Of a stretch of 64,000 bases of DNA, positions 30,076-38,143 are shown one piece after another. Source of the DNA: Candidatus Eiseniibacteriota bacterium. Its GTDB lineage: Bacteria > Eisenbacteria > RBG-16-71-46. How positions within the stretch are numbered: the stretch's first letter is position 1; the number at the start of each line of letters is the position of its first letter. Below the pieces are notes generated by a model, which was not told the DNA's origin, made no database searches, and saw nothing but the letters and a program-made list of their open reading frames with translations. Location of the stretch: positions 480,001-544,000 of the forward strand of contig CAVSAC010000010.1 of NCBI GenBank assembly GCA_963725865.1. Direction: 5' to 3'. The translations under genes were made by a program, and so were the position numbers.

Positions 30076-31383
30076 CTAGAACGAGTAGGTCGCGGTGATC
30101 TTCGGGAACAGCGGGAAGTCGCTGAAGCTGTTCGTCGGGAGGTAGCTGCCCGGGTTGTTGAAGAAGTCCTGGGCCAGCACGCCGTCGAACTGCAGCGTCC
30201 CGACCTTGATGCCAGCACCGGTGTTGAAGCTGAAGGTGCTGCTGTTCTCCTTGGTGTCGTTCGCCACGCGCGGCGTGTTGTTGTCCTCGAACTTGTTCGA
30301 GTAGAACATCGTCTTGCGCGCGCCGAAGCGGATCGTGAGCCACGGATTCACGTGGGTCTCGAGCGCCGCGAACACCGACGGCATCTGGGACTCGGTGTAC
30401 TTGAACTTGTTGGTCTTCTGGTCGTCCACGTTCGAGGCGAAGGTCACGCCCGCCACGAACAGGTCGTTCTGGTTGAGCGTCCAGTTGCCCGCGATACCAG
30501 CCGACCATGAACGCCACTGACGGTCGTTCGCCACACCCGCCGTCGTCGGATCGTACTTGTACGACAGGTCGTACGATGCGTACTTGAACACCGGCACGAC
30601 CAGCACGTTCGGCTCCCACTGCCACAGCATGCGAGCGCTGAACAGGTAAGCGCCGGCGCCGTCTTCGGTCTGCTTGGCGCCGCCGCCGAGCGGCGTGGTG
30701 AAGGTACGGCTCTGATACAGGAACGACAGCTCGGCGTGCGAATTCGGGTTGAGCTCGAAACCGATACCGCCGCCGAGCCCGAACTCGTTGCGCAGCGTGT
30801 TGCCGTTGCCTTCGGTCGTGGTCGTGTTGGTGCCGTCGTCCGACGTGAACTTGAAGTTCGCGCGGTTCAGCCGCAGGCCGACCGACGTGTTGCCGAACTT
30901 CTTGCCCCACATGACGTCGAACTGCTCGTAGCCGTAGAAGTTGTTCGGGTCGTAGCCGCCGTTATAGCCCGGGAAGGGCTGGCTGTAGCTGTCGCCCTGG
31001 CCCAGCTGGGGGGAGAACTCGCGCAGGTGGAACGAGATCGTCCCGTAGCGGCCGTCCCACAGGTTGCCGAGCACCGCGCCAACCGCACGGTCGTCGAGGC
31101 CGAAGTAGCCGTCCGACGGGTTGTACGTGTTGTCGAGCGGACCGGCCACGCGGTTCGGGGCCACCGGCTCGAGATAGAAGTCGCCCGTGTTGCCGAACTC
31201 GCCGTACACCAGATTGCCGACGGAGTTCACGCACGAGGTGAACGTGTAGATGTTCGTGTAGTCCTTGATGTAATCACCCTGGATGTTCATGCCCTCGACA
31301 CGCGAGGTCTGGGCGAACGCCAGGACCGGGAGTGCGAGCGCGATGAGGGCCAGGGACATGCTCTTCAGAAGACGAGACTGCAT
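30076..31383 (-). CDS. Probable major outer-membrane protein/porin
   Basis: Signal peptide (..AFA/Q), AAGGAGG SD, Asn/Tyr/Phe/Gly-rich strands, terminal KITATYSF beta-signal. Confidence 0.8.
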   Translation of the reverse strand: MQSRLLKSMSLALIALALPVLAFAQTSRVEGMNIQGDYIKDYTNIYTFTSCVNSVGNLVYGEFGNTGDFYLEPVAPNRVAGPLDNTYNPSDGYFGLDDRAVGAVLGNLWDGRYGTISFHLREFSPQLGQGDSYSQPFPGYNGGYDPNNFYGYEQFDVMWGKKFGNTSVGLRLNRANFKFTSDDGTNTTTTEGNGNTLRNEFGLGGGIGFELNPNSHAELSFLYQSRTFTTPLGGGAKQTEDGAGAYLFSARMLWQWEPNVLVVPVFKYASYDLSYKYDPTTAGVANDRQWRSWSAGIAGNWTLNQNDLFVAGVTFASNVDDQKTNKFKYTESQMPSVFAALETHVNPWLTIRFGARKTMFYSNKFEDNNTPRVANDTKENSSTFSFNTGAGIKVGTLQFDGVLAQDFFNNPGSYLPTNSFSDFPLFPKITATYSF

Positions 31384-31618
31384 ATCGGAAAGCCTCCTTG
31401 GCGAGAGAGAGCTTAGACGCCACGATGCAGATCAAGCCGGACTTCACGTGGCCAGTGCTACAACGCGGTCAGATTCCGAGCCCCACCTCCTTTCGCTGGA
31501 TTCGCAAGATTCTCGATGACAAACCAAAGGCTCCATCACTTCCCTGGGATGGAGCTCACGAGATAATGGCCAGGACAGAACCTCCTCCCGGGGAGGATCC
31601 TGGCGAACGCCCGGGTGC

Positions 31619-31648
31619 AAGGTAGGTAAGCCCCCAGAAGCTTGTCAA
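31619..31648 (-). promoter_or_regulatory. Putative strong sigma70 promoter of the porin gene
   Basis: Minus strand TTGACA-N18-TACCTT. Confidence 0.6.
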
Positions 31649-31654
31649 GGCGTT

Positions 31655-32497
31655 TCACCCCTCCCGGGGCTGCCGACGCCCCCCCGCACGGGGCCGTCTG
31701 ATACCCACGCACTGGAGCGCCAGGTCCTTGTCGTACAACGGGTTGTCAGGATCCATCGAGGTGATTCGCACCCGCCCCTGGGCGTGCGCGAAGTAGCCCC
31801 CGCCGAGGGCCAGACCGACGTGCGCGGCGCGCTCGCCGGGCGGGGCGAAGAACAGCAGATCGCCCGCGGCCACCTGGGAGCCGTGCGGCAGCGCCCGCGT
31901 CGCTCGCTGCTGCTGATGCGCGTCGCGCGGCAGGTCGATGCCCTGCTCGGCCAGCACCTGCTGGACGAACCCGGAGCAGTCGAACGCCGCGCTGCTCCGG
32001 CCGCCCCAGAGGTAGGGAACGCCCAGCAGCGACTCGACCCGGTCGGTCAGCCCCACGGGCGACCGCGTACCCGCGGCGAGGGCCGCGAGCGGGACCCACC
32101 CGCGGCGACCGTCGGGCAACTCCAGCTGGCGGTGGCCGGCGCGGGCCGCACCGGGGATGGCACGGGCATTCCAATGGAGCGGCGTCACGGTCAGCCCGGC
32201 TCCCGGACGCGCGAGCGCCACCACGGTCGGAACGACCACGCGGGCGCGGGCGCGACGACGCCACCGCTCGATCCGAGCCGCCGGCGCCGCCACCAGCCCC
32301 CAGGCGCGCACCCAGCCGCGGTAGCCGTCGGAGTCGTTCTGGATCCGCCACCAGCGGCCCTCGTGGGCGCTCCCGAGCACGTGCACGGTCTCGCCCAGGA
32401 GCAGCTGGCTGCGCATCTCGCTGGCGTGGTCGGGAGCCCGGCGCAGGTCCAGCACCGGGCTGGCGACCACCGCTCGCGGGTGAGGCGGTCGGCTCAC
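31655..32497 (-). CDS. SH3b plus NlpC/P60 cell-wall peptidase (YkfC-like)
   Basis: SQLLLGETV..DGYRGWV; LGVPYLWGG..FDCSGF..PRDA.QQ..GDLLFF..HVG; GTGA overlap. Confidence 0.9.
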   Translation of the reverse strand: MSRPPHPRAVVASPVLDLRRAPDHASEMRSQLLLGETVHVLGSAHEGRWWRIQNDSDGYRGWVRAWGLVAAPAARIERWRRRARARVVVPTVVALARPGAGLTVTPLHWNARAIPGAARAGHRQLELPDGRRGWVPLAALAAGTRSPVGLTDRVESLLGVPYLWGGRSSAAFDCSGFVQQVLAEQGIDLPRDAHQQQRATRALPHGSQVAAGDLLFFAPPGERAAHVGLALGGGYFAHAQGRVRITSMDPDNPLYDKDLALQCVGIRRPRAGGRRQPREG

Positions 32498-33765
32498 TCG
32501 AGTCCTTCGCTGACCAGCGTGAAGCGGCCGAAGCCCTCGCGATCGACGAACACGAATCGCCGGTAGGGCTGGTTGTAGTACCAGATCTCGACCTGGTTGC
32601 TCACCATGCTCGCGGGCCGCGACTCGACCTGGTCGGCCGGCCCGTACTTGATGTAGATCCGCCCCATGTCCGATCGCCAGCCGGGCCCGAAGCCCTGGAA
32701 GTGCATCTCGGCGTAGCGCAGTCGGCGGAAGAACTCGAGCATCGCCTCGTTGCGCGGAGTGTCGGGCGACGGGTCGCGTCGGCGCCAGAACGCCTCCCAG
32801 CCCGCCGCCTGTTCCGCCGCCGGCAGCGCCCGCAGGTGCTCGATCTCCCCCGCCTCCGCGACGTAGCCGAGCGGTTCCAGCAGGCGCTCGAATTCCTTGC
32901 CGCGCGGCGGGCCGCTCTCCTCCACCTCGAACGAGCGCTCGATGCGCCACCGCGAGCGTCCCTCGCTCACCTCGATCTCGAACGTGTAGTCGCCAATGAA
33001 CAGGTCGCTGCGCGACGGCCGCACGACCAGCGAGTCGGAGGGATGCGTGAGCGTGACGGTCTCGGCGCCCGTGACGACTTCGTCCTGGCTGTCGTCGAGG
33101 ATCCGGTAGCGGAGCGGGTACGTGCGTGGCCACGCGCCCGGGCGCCGATCGAACATCACCACGCGGACGGCGAGCTTCGACACCTCGAGCCCGTAGCGGC
33201 GCCCCGGGATCGGAGTGAAACCCCGCGTCGAATCGGCGACCCCGAGCTCGAGTTCCGAGAAGCCGAAAGGCATCTTCGCGTAGTCCGGCAGTTCGAGCTC
33301 GTCGCTCGCACTCGAGAGTTCGCGCGACCCCAGGTCGCGGACCGAGACCTCGACGCGATACCGGCCGGGCGGGACCACGAGCGTGCGCCGCTCCGACAGG
33401 TTGGCGGCCGCGGAGCGCGTCTCGGCAAAGCTCGCGACCGCGATACGGCGGCTCCAGACGTCACCGTACAGTCGTCCGTTCCCGTGCGGCCGCAGTACCA
33501 CGGTGAACTCCGCGCCGGCGGCGTACCCGGCGGGGATCTTCAGCCACTGCAGCTCCCCGTGGGGCACCGTGAGGGTCACGCCGACGCCTGGATGCCCCTG
33601 GTCGTCGACCGAGATGGCGATGTCGGCGGTGAAGAGCGGCTGCCGATCCGAGCGCAGCGGCGGAATGTCGTCCGCGTGGGCCGGCAGGCGGCCGCCGGCG
33701 AGCCCGAGGGCGGCGGCGAGCAGGATGACGATGGGCGGCTGGACGCGCGGGATCAGGCGGAGCAC
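32494..33765 (-). CDS. GWxTD-domain exported protein
   Basis: Signal peptide; FWRRRDPSPDTPRNE...GWRSDMGRIYIKYGPAD...WYY...FVFVD. Confidence 0.88.
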   Translation of the reverse strand: MLRLIPRVQPPIVILLAAALGLAGGRLPAHADDIPPLRSDRQPLFTADIAISVDDQGHPGVGVTLTVPHGELQWLKIPAGYAAGAEFTVVLRPHGNGRLYGDVWSRRIAVASFAETRSAAANLSERRTLVVPPGRYRVEVSVRDLGSRELSSASDELELPDYAKMPFGFSELELGVADSTRGFTPIPGRRYGLEVSKLAVRVVMFDRRPGAWPRTYPLRYRILDDSQDEVVTGAETVTLTHPSDSLVVRPSRSDLFIGDYTFEIEVSEGRSRWRIERSFEVEESGPPRGKEFERLLEPLGYVAEAGEIEHLRALPAAEQAAGWEAFWRRRDPSPDTPRNEAMLEFFRRLRYAEMHFQGFGPGWRSDMGRIYIKYGPADQVESRPASMVSNQVEIWYYNQPYRRFVFVDREGFGRFTLVSEGLE

Positions 33766-33771
33766 GGCGGC

Positions 33772-33780
33772 ACGCTAGCA
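33772..33780 (-). promoter_or_regulatory. Putative extended -10 element; GWxTD transcript probably leaderless
   Basis: TGCTAGCGT lies 6 nt before the GTG start, with no SD. Confidence 0.5.
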
Positions 33781-33889
33781 CAGCGAACGGGGCCCACAAA
33801 GCGCTTGACCTCACCCGGATGCCGTGGCCTCATAGAAGCGTCTCTGACCGAGGCGAGGCACCAGGACCAACCGGGTCCTTCGACGGGAT

Positions 33890-36715
33890 GTGAATACGAA
33901 CCGCTCGATTCCGACGCTGATTCTCCGCCTGAGCGCGGCACTCGCCCTCCTCTTCGTCCTTGCCCCACCGCCGGCATGCGCCACCCAGCCCGTCGCGGGC
34001 GGGGTGCTGCCCGAGGCCGTACGGGAGGCCTTCCGCAGTGGCGCGTTCGACGTGCCGCCGGTGCTTGGGCTCGGGACCAGTGCGGCCCAGACCCAGACCA
34101 CCTGGCGCGTTCCGATCATCATGATCGGCTTCACGGACGAGCCCCTGACCTACACGCCGGCGGAGTTCGATCAGGCGCTGTTCGACACCACCGGGGCGCT
34201 GCCGACGGGTTCCGCGGCCGAGTACTGGCGCTGGGCCTCGGGTGGCCGCATGAGCCTGTCGGGCCGGGTGGTCGCCACCGTCGCGTTGCCCCACGACGTC
34301 GCCTACTACGGGTTCGGTTACTGGGGCCTGCGCCTGACGTCGACCCCCAACAACATGTACGGCGCCATCCGCGACGCGCTCAACGCGTGCGAGGCGTCGG
34401 TGGACTGGTCGGAGTTCGACCAGGACCACGACGGCTACGTCGACATGCTCTGGATCCTGCACGCCGGTCCGGGCGGCGAGGCCCTGCGCGACTACAACTC
34501 GCTGTGGTCGGTCACCTCGCGGCTGAGCGCCGGCTGGTCCTCCGGTGGCGTGTACGTGACCTCGGACACGGTGCCGGGATCGACCACGCAGCGGATGCGA
34601 ATCGACCGCTTCTCCTCGGTGCCCGAGGAGTCGGCGCTGCTGCCCGGACGCCGCTCGGAGATCGGCGTGTTCTGCCACGAGTTCGGCCACGCGCTCGGTC
34701 TGCCCGACTTCTACGACACCAGTTCGCTCGGCGGGGCCTCGAACTGCGGACCCGGCTGGTGGTCGCTGATGGCGATGGGCAACCAGGGGCCCGGCGGGCT
34801 CACGCCCGAAGCGCCGTCGCACCCGGGCGCGTGGGCGCTCAAGATGCTGGGCTGGCTGACGCCGGCACATCCGACCCGGGATTCCATCATCACGCTCGCG
34901 CCGATCGAGAGCGGAGGCGGCGCGGTCGAGGTGTCGTTCGAGGGCGAGCCGTCGCCGGAGTACTTCCTGGTCGAGAATCGCCAGCGGCTCGGGTTCGACC
35001 GCGCGCTGCTCTCCGAAGGCCTGATCGTCAGTCATCTGGACGAGACCGGGATGGGCGCGAGCTACGCGGCCAACCGCATCAACACCGGGCTGACGCCCGG
35101 CTACATCGTGCTCGAGGCCGACGGACGGAACGATCTCTACCTGGGCCACAACCGCGGCGAGGCGAGCGATCCGTTCCCGGGCTCGCTCGGGGTCGCGAAC
35201 CTCGACGAGTCGACGTGGCCCAACACCTCGACGATCCTGGGCGCGCCCACCTCGGTCGCGCTGCGCGACATCACGCCGATCGGCGACGCCGTGCGATTCA
35301 GTCTCCAGGTCCAGGCGCCCGGCTGGCAGCCCGCGCGGGACCGCACGGAACCGGGCTACACGCCGGTCGAGGTCTACAGCACGGCGCGCACCGCGGTCGT
35401 GGACGTGGGAGGCACCATCTCGGCGGTTCGCAGCGAGGTCCTCGGCGGGATCCCTCAGATCGTGCTGCGCACCCGACGCGCCGGGACCTGGGGCAGCGGC
35501 GAGCCCGTCAGCGCCTCGAGCGGCTCGGCCCTGAGCCCGAGCATCACGGCACTGCCGGGGGGCGATTTGGCGACCGCCTGGAGCGACACCCGCGGTGGCG
35601 CATCACGGATCTTCTACCGCGCGCGGGTCGGCGGCGTGTGGGAGCAGGAGGTCGCGCTCGCCCCGCTTCCGGGCGAGGCATTCCGCCCGTCGATCGCCGC
35701 CGACGCCCACGGCGTGGTGTATGCGACCTGGCTGCAGGTGCTCGGCCAGCGCATCACCGTCATGTTCACACGCTTCTCCTACCTCTCCCCGTACGGGAAC
35801 GCGGTCGCCCTCAGCGACACCTCCCAGACGCCCGACGACCCGAGCGTGATCACGACGCCCGAAGGCCACTGCTACGTGCAGTGGGCCGACCGTGGCGCAC
35901 GGCCCCGCACGTACTGGTTCACGAGGTTCCGCGAGGACTCCGGACTCAGCGTCCGGCAGTCCCTGATCCCGCGGCCCTTCTCCGAGCCCGGCGCCTACAC
36001 CAGCGCCGTCGACGCGGCCGGCAACCTGCACACGGTCTGGTTCCAGAGCCAGGGCAGCACCACCGAGATCCACTACCAGAAGCGCGATCTCCAGACCCAG
36101 GCGTGGCTGCGCGACACCATCATCGAGGTGCGGAGCGAGACCGTGCAGAGCCCATCGATGGCGTTCGACCCCGAAGGCGCGATCCACCTGGCCTACGAGG
36201 GGATCGGTTCGTCGCTGCAACAGGTGCGCTACAAGCGCTGGCGCGCCGGCCTCGGCTGGGATGCGCGCTCGACCACGCTGACCGGTGCGGCGGACGGCTC
36301 GGCGTTCCGGCCCACCGTGCTGCCCCGCTCCCCCGGGCTCGCCACCGTGCTCTACACCACGTACGCCGGCAGCAACGCGCGCTTCATGGAGCGCGACCGC
36401 ACGCTCGATCCGGAGCCGGTCACCGCGGTGACCGACGCGCCGCCGGCGGGCCGCACGGCGCTGCGAGTCGCTCCCAATCCGCTGCGGCCGGGGGTCGCGC
36501 TCGCGCTCCACTGGAGCGGTGCCGGCGCGACGCCACCGGAGGTCGAGATCTTCGACGTGGCCGGCCGCCGGCTCGCCCACGTGCCGCTGCGGCCCGGCGC
36601 GCTCGGGGCCTCCGCCGTGCTCGAGCCGGCGCGCATCGCCTCCTGGCCCGCGGGGCTGTACTTCGCCCGCACGCGCGATGGACGATCCAGCGCGCGACTG
36701 GTGGTGTTGCCCTGA
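33890..36715 (+). CDS. M6 (immune inhibitor A-like) metalloprotease with propeller-like repeats and T9SS/FlgD-like CTD
   Basis: Signal peptide; FDQDHDGYVD..HAG.GGE, HEFGHALGLPDFYD, WSLMA.G, EYFLVENRQ; CTD APNP..IFDVAGR..GLYF..RLVVLP. Confidence 0.9.
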   Translation: MNTNRSIPTLILRLSAALALLFVLAPPPACATQPVAGGVLPEAVREAFRSGAFDVPPVLGLGTSAAQTQTTWRVPIIMIGFTDEPLTYTPAEFDQALFDTTGALPTGSAAEYWRWASGGRMSLSGRVVATVALPHDVAYYGFGYWGLRLTSTPNNMYGAIRDALNACEASVDWSEFDQDHDGYVDMLWILHAGPGGEALRDYNSLWSVTSRLSAGWSSGGVYVTSDTVPGSTTQRMRIDRFSSVPEESALLPGRRSEIGVFCHEFGHALGLPDFYDTSSLGGASNCGPGWWSLMAMGNQGPGGLTPEAPSHPGAWALKMLGWLTPAHPTRDSIITLAPIESGGGAVEVSFEGEPSPEYFLVENRQRLGFDRALLSEGLIVSHLDETGMGASYAANRINTGLTPGYIVLEADGRNDLYLGHNRGEASDPFPGSLGVANLDESTWPNTSTILGAPTSVALRDITPIGDAVRFSLQVQAPGWQPARDRTEPGYTPVEVYSTARTAVVDVGGTISAVRSEVLGGIPQIVLRTRRAGTWGSGEPVSASSGSALSPSITALPGGDLATAWSDTRGGASRIFYRARVGGVWEQEVALAPLPGEAFRPSIAADAHGVVYATWLQVLGQRITVMFTRFSYLSPYGNAVALSDTSQTPDDPSVITTPEGHCYVQWADRGARPRTYWFTRFREDSGLSVRQSLIPRPFSEPGAYTSAVDAAGNLHTVWFQSQGSTTEIHYQKRDLQTQAWLRDTIIEVRSETVQSPSMAFDPEGAIHLAYEGIGSSLQQVRYKRWRAGLGWDARSTTLTGAADGSAFRPTVLPRSPGLATVLYTTYAGSNARFMERDRTLDPEPVTAVTDAPPAGRTALRVAPNPLRPGVALALHWSGAGATPPEVEIFDVAGRRLAHVPLRPGALGASAVLEPARIASWPAGLYFARTRDGRSSARLVVLP

Positions 36716-36738
36716 GGCGCGGCCGCGGCGCGGCGCTG

Positions 36739-37788
36739 ATGGTCCTGGCGCTGGCCACCTGCGCGGCGCCGGCGGTCGCCCAGGAGGTGCCGCGACTCGG
36801 CGGCTACCTCACCCTCGATCGCGACCAGTGCGCCCGCTGGGCCTGGAGCGCGGCGTGGCTCTACCCGGTCGGGGACCCGTTCGACTACACGCGGCCCGTC
36901 ACGCCGGACGGTCGCGGGTTCGCGCTGCTGCGCGGCGTGCGTCGCGAGGGCGGGCGCCACGACGGCGCCGATCTCGGCGACGGGAGTGCGGGCGAGCCGG
37001 TGCACGCCGCCGCGAACGGCGTGGTGATCCGCGCCGAGGCGAACGGTGCGGCGGGCGGCTACGGTCGCCACCTCGTGCTCGCGCATCGCCTCGCGGAAGG
37101 CGGCTACGCGTACACCGTCTACGCCCACCTGCGGCGCAGCGGCCACCTGCCGCGCGAGGGTGATGCGATCAGCCTCGGGCAGGTGATCGGCGAGGTGGGC
37201 CGCAGCGGCCGCGCGAGCACCGACCACCTGCACTTCGAGGTGCGCCGTCCGCGCGAGCTGGGCGAGCGCTGGGAGCGCTCGCCGGTGGTGGATCCGCTGG
37301 CCTTCGTGGCTGCGCGCCTGCCGCTGCAACCGAGTGGCGAGGTCGCGCCGGTCGTGCTGTGGGCCGCCGGCGGCGATCTGATGGGCGGCGGCGACGACCC
37401 GGGCGCGCCCCTCGCCCGCCGCGCGTGGTGGCACATGCTGTGGCGCAGCGCGCGCCACGACGGCGACGTGCTCCCGGACGGCCCGCGCTCGCTGGCCGAG
37501 GCGCTGATCGACGCGCAGGTGCTGCCCGCCGACGCGGCGCGCCGGCGCGGCGGGGTCGTCACGTGGGACGAGCTCGCCCGCGACCTCGAGCGCCTGCGCG
37601 CGTGCGGCGTGCGACTGCCGCCCGCGCCCGTCGAGGCCGGCGCGCTGCGGGCGTGGTGCGAGCACGAGCTGGGCGCCGAGCGCCCCGGCCGGCAGCCGTC
37701 GCGGCTCGCGCGCCACGGCGCGCAGGCGCCGACGGTCGAGCAGGCGCTGCTGGTGCTGGCCGACCTCGCCGGCGAGCCGGCACCCTGA
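36739..37788 (+). CDS. M23 family metallopeptidase
   Basis: HDGAD, GYG..V..H, YAHL, G.SGRAS..HLHFEVR; start approximate. Confidence 0.85.
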   Translation: MVLALATCAAPAVAQEVPRLGGYLTLDRDQCARWAWSAAWLYPVGDPFDYTRPVTPDGRGFALLRGVRREGGRHDGADLGDGSAGEPVHAAANGVVIRAEANGAAGGYGRHLVLAHRLAEGGYAYTVYAHLRRSGHLPREGDAISLGQVIGEVGRSGRASTDHLHFEVRRPRELGERWERSPVVDPLAFVAARLPLQPSGEVAPVVLWAAGGDLMGGGDDPGAPLARRAWWHMLWRSARHDGDVLPDGPRSLAEALIDAQVLPADAARRRGGVVTWDELARDLERLRACGVRLPPAPVEAGALRAWCEHELGAERPGRQPSRLARHGAQAPTVEQALLVLADLAGEPAP

Positions 37789-37797
37789 ACCCGTGGC

Positions 37798-37826
37798 TTG
37801 ACGGTGGGCGGCGCGCATGGCAACGT
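37798..37826 (+). promoter_or_regulatory. Putative sigma70 promoter of the ileS leader
   Basis: TTGACG-N17-CAACGT with TG extension. Confidence 0.5.
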
Positions 37827-37845
37827 GCCGGTTCGACTTCAACAA

Positions 37846-38108
37846 GGCTGTGACGGGGACGAGTAGGCGCGCGGAGCGCAGGAGCGAGCCGGGGACGGTG
37901 CGAGCCCGGTGCGACCTCACGCGTCGAAGATCACCCCCGAGCCGCCGACCGAACCGGCGCGCCGCGCCGCAGTAGGCTCGGACGGGAGGCCCTCCGAGAA
38001 CGGGCGCGAACGGGCGAGTGCCCGCTCCACGAGGCGTGCGTCGCGAGGCGCGCGCGAACCGGGTGGTACCGCGACTTCGTCGCCCCGGCGCTGACCCGCG
38101 CCGGGGCG
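37846..38108 (+). ncRNA. T-box riboswitch, Ile specifier (AUC)
   Basis: Stem I with GA motif, AGUA, AG bulge and GGUG loop; specifier GAAG-ATC-A (37930-37932); antiterminator CCGGG-TGGTACC-GCGAC-TTC-GTCGC-CCCGG (38059-38088); competing hairpin 38081-38108; directly upstream of ileS. Confidence 0.9.
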
Positions 38109-38143
38109 TCGGTGTCTCCGGCCGCAAGGACGTGGAGCCAGGC

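Noticed and set aside
31398..31625. 75-78 aa plus-strand ORFs in the porin upstream region
   Set aside because: No SD or coding-like bias; better explained as promoter and leader of the minus-strand gene.
33805..33838. TTGACC promoter candidate for the M6 protease
   Set aside because: No well-spaced -10 hexamer; too weak to call.
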